Origin: Rebecca billardiae RCC1528
Taxonomy: Eukaryota > Protista > Haptophyta
DNA: 64,000 nucleotides
Assembly (NCBI GenBank): GCA_965240325.2
Contig: OZ251234.1
Coordinates: forward strand, 1,674,001 to 1,738,000
Reading direction: 5' to 3'
A program made the position numbers and the translations under genes. The number at the start of each line of letters is the position of its first letter. The stretch's first letter is position 1. Below are positions 56,378-64,000 of this stretch, piece by piece. Under the pieces are notes generated by a model. That model was not told the origin of the DNA. It searched no databases and worked only from the letters and a program-made list of their open reading frames with translations.

Positions 56378-57138
56378 ATTATGGTTGTATAACCGCTCGT
56401 TTATGCGGGTATAACTCACCGGTAGCCCTCATGAGGGCGGGCTGGCAGCCAGGGTCCGGCTGCCTGAAGGTTTTCCGGTCGTCAAGCTGAGCCTGGCCAG
56501 CCGGACTGGGGTGGGCGCGGATCCGCGCAGCAGCTTGGCAAGCGAAGCGATGCGCGTCTCTGCGCGCGCTCGCTGGCTGCACCCGCGGCTCGGCGGCCGG
56601 CGTGGCTGACTGGCTGCTGGGTCACCGCGGCGCTGGTGGCTGCCCCTCCTCTGGGAGTTGTTTCTCCCTGCCCTCCCACCCTGCTGGTTGCTGGGTGGGC
56701 ATGGCCTTGGGTGCGCGCGGTGTCGGGGCCGGGGGGGTGGAGGCCCTCGAGGCCTCTGCCTCCTGCGGCGCCGCGCTCGGCTCAAACTTGCGCGTTGGGG
56801 GAGGGCGTCGGCTGCCAGCGCCGCCTGCGGTCTACGTGCTCCATCGAGTACTTCTGCTTCCTCTTCGGCGTCTAGGCGGTCGGCTTCTGTCGGCGTAGCA
56901 GTTGCTCGAATGCATCGGCGAGTCCTTCCCGGTCGGCGTCGCATCCTGGACGGCTTCGGGTGTGTGTGACCTAGTCACCTCACGCGTTTCATCAGCGCGG
57001 CCCCCACCTCAATCGTCTGTACCCGATTCGGCTAAGTGACTACCCGATCATGTCGGCAGGGTCTACCGAGTGAGTTATATGTATACAATAAAATATGGCG
57101 TAGGCGGCCGTCTAGCGCTGCTGCTTGCTGCTCGCCGT

Positions 57139-60100
57139 CTAGCGCTGCTGCTTGCTGCTCGCCGGCACGGACGACGCCGGGATCTGCTGGATGTAGCTAC
57201 CGCGGAAGGACAGGCCTTCGTCGTCCGACTTGCCGTCCATCAGTGCGAGCTCCTCCGCCGAGATCGTCAGCGCCGCGGCCCGGCGCTGCTTGACGCTCTC
57301 GAGCAGCTGGTTGAACTCGAACGTCTCCTGGTAATCCGTGTCCGCGTCGAGCAGCTCCCGCTGCATCGCGCGCACGATGGCCTGCACCGTGCGCACCTCG
57401 ACGCGGTACGGGTGCGCCGCGCGCTCCTCCTCGAGCTTACTCACCTCGTTGGCGTAGTAGGTCTTAGTCTCGCCCGTCATCGGGTTCTGGTCCTCCCACT
57501 CGAGCCTGCGCGCGCGCGGCGGGCGGCGCGGAAGCGGGTTGGAAGCAGCCGCCGCGGGTGAGCACGAGCGCCAGCCGTGCCGCGGCCGCCGGCGTGCAGA
57601 CCCGGCCTCGCGCGGCCTGGGGGGCGAGCGGCGGCGCGGGCGCGCGGCGCGCGGCGCGCGGCGCGAGCGCGCACCAGCCCGCAGGGAAGAACGTCGAGGG
57701 GCAGCCCAGCAGCATCTCGGCGAGCCACACCAGCTCGGGCTGCTTCATCGGCTCGATCTCGAGCGCGCCCGAGGCGACGAAGATCTCCGGCAGGGCGCAC
57801 GGGCGCATGCGCAGCGCGCGCGCGCGCACGCGGCGGTACAGACCCTGCGCGCGCGCCGCGGCCGGCAATTCGTTCCAAGGCGCGGGCGGCACGGCGGGCC
57901 ATGTCACGGCGGGCGGATCGGAAGGGCGCTCGCGCGCGCGGCGGCGGCGCGCGCGCGCACCGAGAGGCTCTCCGCCGCCTGCGTGCGCGCCGCGTGCTCG
58001 TGCACCTCGCGCGTCGCCAGCCGCTCCTTCTCCAGCTGCTCTGCCACCAGAAAAATAATATCGCGCTGTCGGCTCGCTTTGCTCTCGCCGGCGACAAACG
58101 CGGCCGCGGCGCGCTCGCGGTCGGACGCCGCGCGGCGCGCGAGGATGCTCGGCGCCTCGATGAGCGGCAGCTCGGACTGGCGGTGGATGCCGCCGTCCGC
58201 GGCGAGGTCGACGTACTCAGTCTGAGGGGGCGGCCGGAGGGCGGGGAGACGGCGCGCGCGCGCACGCGGGGGTGAGGCGCGCGCGCGGCGCGGCGCGGCG
58301 CGCGAGCGCGCGCGCGCCCATCCCGCGTGCGCGCCGTCCGCGCGCGCGCGCGGCAGAGATGGCTCGGCGCACGCACGGCGTGCGCGCAGAGCGGCGCACG
58401 CGCTCGCGCATGCCGGCCGGCCGTGCGCCGCGCGGCCATCGGCGCGCCGCTCACCCCGTCCTCGGCGGTCGCGAACTGCATCCAGCCCTCCAGGTGCCCC
58501 CACTTGCGCGGCCGCTTCTTGCGGCGCCGCTGCTGCGCCACGTGCTCTGCAAAGGTGCTGAGCAGGGGGTGCTCTGCGCGCAGCTCGCCCGTGACGAGGT
58601 GCCTGAAGCTGAAGCCGCCGAGGCCCGCGGTGCTCAGCTCGGCGTCGACGCCCTCGGGCGGCGGCGCGTCCGGCGCCGCCGCCTCCTCCACCCAGCCCGC
58701 GGGCAGCGGGCATGTGATTGCCTCGACGGCCAGCGGAAGCAAGAACAACTCGTCATCCGCTCGGACGAGTGAGATGCCGAGGCGGCTCGCCATCGCCACC
58801 ACCATCTCGGGCGTGATCCGCGCGCTCTTGTCGAGGAGCGACGGGCGCGCGCTCATCTGCATGCACGCCTTCACCGCCGCCCACGCGCGCGCCGTCTCGC
58901 CCTCGTCCTCCTCCCCCTCCGCAGGGCCGAAGCCCGCCGCGTCGGCGTTCATTCGCGCCGCCTCGCGTGCGACGCGGAGCACGAGCCGCTTCTCTGCGAG
59001 GTACGACTCGCGGGTGACCCAGCCGTCCTCCTCGCGCGGCTCGGGCACGCGGACCTGCGGGCACGAGGGCCACGCAGCCGGGGGCGCGCCGCGCGGCACG
59101 CGCGGCGGCGCACACGGCGCACACGACGGACGCAGGCGGCGGTGAGCTCGGCGGCGCGCGCGGCTCGCGGCGCGCGCTCCAGCGCACGCGCGGGCGCGCG
59201 AGCGCGCGGGGTGTGGTGCGGCGGCTCGGGAGCGCGGCGCGCGCGGCGGCGCGAGCAAGCAGCGCACCGTGAGCCCGGCGAGCACGTACTTGGGCAGCTT
59301 CGCCTTGAGCTCGTTCAGCTCGGTCGACGCCTGCCGCATCGCCACCTTGATCGGGCGGCGGTCCGCATACAGAGCCGTGTAGCGCTGCACAGTCTCGTCC
59401 GCGTGTGCGCAGCTCTCGAGCAGCTCGGCCTCGAGCGTGTCGATGGCGGCGGGGAGCCAGAGCCGCGCGCGCCGCGCCTCCTCGCGCGGCGGGCACTCCC
59501 GGTCGAGCCGCGACAGCACGTGCTCGCGCCCGCGCGCGTAGTCGTACCTCTCCTTGTGCGGGCGCAGCGGCCCCTCGAGCTGTCGGTCGGGCACGCGGCG
59601 CCGCTCGGCCGCGCGGCCCCAGTGCGCCTTGAACCGCCGCGCCTTCTCGTCGCGCACGAGCTCCATCTTCGCTTCGGCCTCCTCGAGCGCGCTGCGCGCC
59701 TCCGCGCCCAGCTCCTTCAGCGTGCGCAGCACGTTGAGCGGCGTGTACTCCGGAATCTCGAGCGCCGAGATGCCGATGGACGGCACCTCCTCGCGCACGC
59801 CAAGCGCGCTCGCGACGCCGGGCAGAGTGAAGTCGCGGCCCATCTGGTGGATGGCCTCCTTGAGCGCCTCGACCACCTCCTTCGGGTGGCCGAGCCGCTC
59901 GCTCTCCGTGTTGATGATCAGCAGGCGCAGCACCGCCGCGCGCCCGCTCCCACTCGAGCGCCGAGACACGTCGCCGCCGCCGCCGCGGCCGCCGCCGCCG
60001 CCGCCGCCGCGGTTGGAGCCGTCGACCGTGCCGCCGTCGGTCTCGATCACCAGCTGGTCGTCCTCGCAGCCGATGTAGTTGGCGATGTCGCCGACGACGT

Positions 60101-63100
60101 GCGTGGCGAACGCGTCGTACACCTCCGAGACCGCGAGCTCCTCCTTGAACCCGGGCCCCACCAGCTCGCAGCGCAGCTCCACATACGAGGGCGGGTAGTG
60201 CGTCTTCTCTCGGAGCTCTCGGAGAACATCGAGCGCGCCGCGCTGCCACGCGAGCTGCGAGACGGCGGTCTTGTACGCGGGCTTGATGCGCGTGGAGGCG
60301 GCGAGCTGGCCGACGAGCGAGATGCGGCGCTGCTGCAGCATCTGCCACCGCTCGCGCGCCAGCGCCTCGTCGATCACCGTGAGCACCTTGAGCGCGCCCT
60401 CGACCGAGTTGATCCGCTCGTGCAGCCGTCGCGCGTCGGTGAACTTGGTCGCGGCCGGCTTGAGCTGCGGCCGGATGGACTCGAGGTCGGCGAGCTTGGA
60501 CTCGATCTCGTCGCGCACGCGGCCGATGATCACCTTGGGCGTGTACTTGGACGAGCGCATCCCGAACTCCGACACCATCTCCTGCACCACCTCGTGCCCG
60601 CCGCGCCGCTCCTCGTGCGCGACGACAAGCGCGAGCACGTCCGCGAGCGGCATGGCGTCCGCGCCGTCGCGCTCGACGCGCTCGATGCAGTCGCCGAGGT
60701 GGCCGTACAGGCCGATGAGGAGCTGGCACGCCCACGGCTCGCCGTGCTGCACGCTCGACTCGTCGTCCAGCGTCGACGGCGGCAGCGGCCGGCTGTACCC
60801 CGCCCTGAGCGACGCGCGGCGCGGCGAGCCGTCGTCGTGCTCCGCGGCCGCCGCCGCCTCGGCCGCCGCAGTCGCGACGACGTCGGACTGCGCCAGGTGA
60901 ATCCGCGAGGCGAGCGCGGGGAAGAGGTCGTTGTCGTCGGGCGGGAAGGCTTCGGCGAGCGCGCCGAGCGTCGACGCCGACGCCTCGTCCGCGCGCACGC
61001 GCGCCGCCTCGCCCAGCCGGTCGCGCCGCCCGACGAGCCGCGTGGCCAGCTTGCGCGCACCCATCAGGTAGCGCTGCTTGCACAGCCTGTCGTGGGCCTC
61101 GTCCGCGACGTGCTGCAGAACGGTCTTGGAGAAGGGGCGGTGGCGCGCGCCGAGCGTGTACTGCGGCGCGAGCTCCTCCGCCTTCGTCAGCTCCTCCAGC
61201 CGCCTGCGCAGCCACGCGCGCGGCGGGTTGTCCCCGGCGACCGCGTTCTTGGGCGGGTGGTACGTGCCCGTCGGCTCGTCGGCAGTGAAGACGACAAACT
61301 CGTCGACCGCGCCCTGTAGCGCCGCGATCACGCCGCGGTTGTGCGCGATGCCGGCGAGGAGGCGGTAGTAGTTCGCCTCGACGGACGAGGGGATCCGCTC
61401 GTACGCCTCGCGCAGCGCGCCCAGCTCGTGCTCCAGCGCCGCGCGCAGCGTCGAGCACGCCGCCTCCACCTCCTCGCCCGAGCTCGCGGGCGCGTAGCCC
61501 GAGACCTGGTTGACGACTCGCCGGTACTCTGACCACATCAGGTCGGACGCCTCCTCCCAGCGGCGGATCTGGCGCTGCCACTTGATCGCGGAGGCGCGCA
61601 CGCGCGCCGCGTGCTCCGAGAGCGTGCGCGTGAAGCCGAGCTTGCGCTTGCGCAGCTTGTCGCACACGCGGCGCGCGAACTGGATCCGAGCGAGCGACTG
61701 GACTGTCTTGATCTTGCGAACGTACTCGGGATATCTCGCGAGCGAGATCTTGAGCGCGGCGCGGCGACGCGCGACGAGCTTGACGCGCGCCTGGCGCGCC
61801 TGGCGCTGGCGGCGGAGCTCGCGGCGCTCCGGCACCGAGAGCGACGAGAGCCACGGGTCCTGCGACGCCGCCACCGCCTGCCGCCGCCACCACTCCTGGA
61901 TGCGCGCGGCCGCGGCATACAGCTTCTCGTCATGCCTGCGCCGCACGCGCCGCCGCAGGATCAGCTTGCGCCACGCCATCGCGAGCGTGGTCGCCGCCTT
62001 GTTGCGCTCGTCCGTGTACCGCTTGCGCAGCACGAAGGTCTTCGTCGAGCCGTACAGCAGCGCGGCCACCGCGTGCCACTCCTTCCCCACGCCGTGCGGC
62101 AGCCCGAGCTCCTGCGAGTTGAGCATGATGCAGCGGTTCGTGCCGAGCATGCCTCGCTTGATAAACGCGTCGGCGCGGCGGAACTCCTCGAGCGTCTCGG
62201 GGGAGTGCCAGCGCGAGGGCTCGAAGAGGACGGAGTAGGTGTCGGGCGAGTGCGCGAACGGCTCGAACCAGTGCAGCGTGAACGGGTCCGACGAGGTCGG
62301 CAGCGGCAGCCGCCAGAAGTCCGTTACTGCCTTGAGGACGTAGTTGAGCCCCTGCCACAGCGTCTTGGACGAGCGCGGCCGCGCGTTCGACGCGGGCGAC
62401 TGCTCGATGTACTTGAGGTCGTACCGCGAGAGCAGCACCGTCGGGTCGAGCGCGACCAGCTCGTTCAGCCGCTTCGCCTTGAGCGCCGAGTCCGGCGGCT
62501 CGCTGTACTCGAACATCGCGCGCTGGCGGCGCTCGTGCGCGAGCTGAGAGATCTGCAGTGCCTGCACCATCTTGAGCACCGTCACGCGCAGCTCGGCGAG
62601 GATGTGCGCGGCGTCGGTGTGCAGCTTGCCGATGGACGGGTCGCCGCGCGCGTGGATCGACGCCTCGGAGAACGCGCCCGGCGGCGAGAGCGCCGGGTCG
62701 AGCGCCGAGCGCTGCCGCGCCACCTGCATCTTGAAGCGCGTCGCCACGTCGATCAGTGCCTCGACCTGCGCCTCGTACACGGCGACGATCTCGGGGAGCG
62801 CGTTGGCCGCCTGCACCTTGGGCGCGAACCAGGCGTTCTTGCCACGCGTCTCCTCCTCCTCCTCCGACCGCCCGCCGCCCTTCTCAGGGCTCCCCTTCTT
62901 GCCGCGCTGCCGCGAGCCGCCGCCCGCAACGTCGATGCTCCGAGCGGACGGCAGATCGACCGGGCGGCGCGTGAGCCGCGCGGTGTCGGAGGAGCTGATG
63001 GGCGAGATGGCGCGCGTGCGGCGAGCTCCCGAGTAGATCGGCATCGTCGGCGAGTTGGCCAGCGCCGTCGTCGACTGCAGCAGCCGGCGCGCCTCCATCT

Positions 63101-63230
63101 TGGACGAGCGCGACGGCACGAGCTGCTGCCGCCCGCGAGCCGCCGGCTCGCCGCCGCCCGCGCCGAGCTCGCCCCGCGCCTGCTCGGCCCGCGCCTTGAG
63201 CACGGGGCTCTCGTGCTTTGGACGCATCAT
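57139..63230 (-). CDS. Large IQ-motif/coiled-coil protein with C-terminal tandem CEP164-type WW modules, ~1786 aa, 5 exons
   Basis: Exons 63230-59268, 59054-58455, 58221-57961, 57844-57675, 57505-57139 (all GT-AG, frame-consistent). IQ-like AAARIQEWWRR and IKTVQSLAR. Modules MASRLGI..ELFLLPLAVEAITCPLPAGW..FRHLVTGE...HP and ELVWLAEMLLG..FPAGW..YYAN...HP. Confidence 0.8.
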
Positions 63231-63392
63231 CGCCACTCCGCACGGCGCCCACGCCGCTCGACGCTGCGCACGGAGCGGGGAATGGCAACGGGAGCCTGCA
63301 CGATGCGGCCGGCTGCCTGCCCCAGCTCGTGGAAACGCCACTGCGGGTACAGCTGAAGAGCAGTAACGACCTGTTTCAGTGTTTCGCCGGCA

Positions 63393-63413
63393 CTGATCAC
63401 CCGGAGCCCGTAA
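63393..63413. repeat. Solo copy of putative TIR end, CTGATCACCCGGAGCCCGTAA
   Basis: 19 bp identical to 21411-21429, followed by TA. Confidence 0.5.
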
Positions 63414-64000
63414 TAGTGAATAGGCTACGCTCGACTTCATCTGACTGACTGTCGCTCTGATGACAGAATGAATCGGCGAGTTGTCTGATAGTGCTCACTG
63501 TGATAGCTGTCCGCGGGGCTTAGCCTCGCGGCGCCGGCGTGCGGCGACACTGCCGCTGCGCCCGCCCGCCGATACCAGAACTTTCGGCCACGGCGCACCG
63601 CCGTGGGGTCGTGTGGGGCGGCGGCTGACTCGGTCACTCGGGTCGGCCGCCGGGTCCCCGCGGCGTGTCTGCCGTGGGATCGCTGCTCGCGCGCCGGGCA
63701 GCTGATGCCGCCCGGCCCCCAGGCTCAACGATGGTGTCGATGAATCACGAAGCCGATCGCGTCGCCCGAGCCCGGAGGGGCCGGAACAGGCGGAATCGCA
63801 AGCCGCATTCGCCACGCCGGCCCAGTCCGATCGGCCGTGATGGAAGATGCATGCACGTGGCGGTTTTGGCATGGCGAGCGGCTCTGTGCCCGCGAAGGCA
63901 GCTGCCCAGAGCAGCTGCGAGCTCGTCGTTGGCACAGCCAGCCCTCGCGGCTTCGCGCGTCCTCCGGCCGGCCATGCTCAACGCTGCCCGTCCGAGCAGC

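Noticed and set aside
57107-57164. 27-bp tandem duplication spanning the stop codon of the IQ/WW gene
   Set aside because: Real but apparently a neutral local duplication; the protein end is unchanged.
63437-64000. Gene at the right edge of the window
   Set aside because: No frame gives a recognisable protein.

Overview
Very GC-rich, intron-containing eukaryotic nuclear DNA. Bipartite signal+transit peptides (EF-Ts, Grx-DUF547) indicate an alga with a complex red-derived plastid; composition and intron style best fit a haptophyte such as Pavlovophyceae (inference). About 21 protein genes were modelled by hand from splice sites: partial ankyrin protein, small Zn-finger/CaaX protein, CEP164-like protein, NECAP, mitochondrion-targeted bacterial-type aconitase B, DUF5690-like transporter, glycosyltransferase-like protein, glutaredoxin-DUF547, a ~1740-aa single-pass receptor, plastid EF-Ts, stand-alone KA1 protein, small Cys-rich protein, YqgE/AlgH, TPR protein, probable MAU2/SCC4, acylated IQ membrane protein, secreted vanadium-haloperoxidase-like protein, MGST3, acetate kinase, Tim17-family protein, RanBP2-ZnF/EEP protein and a large IQ + tandem CEP164-type WW protein. 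Intergenic islands hold a 25-bp minisatellite, several TA-flanked MITEs, two copies of a Helitron-like mini-element each abutting a decayed gene fragment, and microsatellites. The top candidate for a novel system is the receptor at 23676-29435. It has a LamG/Ig-like/galactose-binding-like ectodomain, one TM helix and a cytoplasmic HET/TIR-like domain retaining the putative catalytic Glu, i.e. a Toll-like-receptor analogue in an alga. All family calls come from motif recognition; no searches were run.
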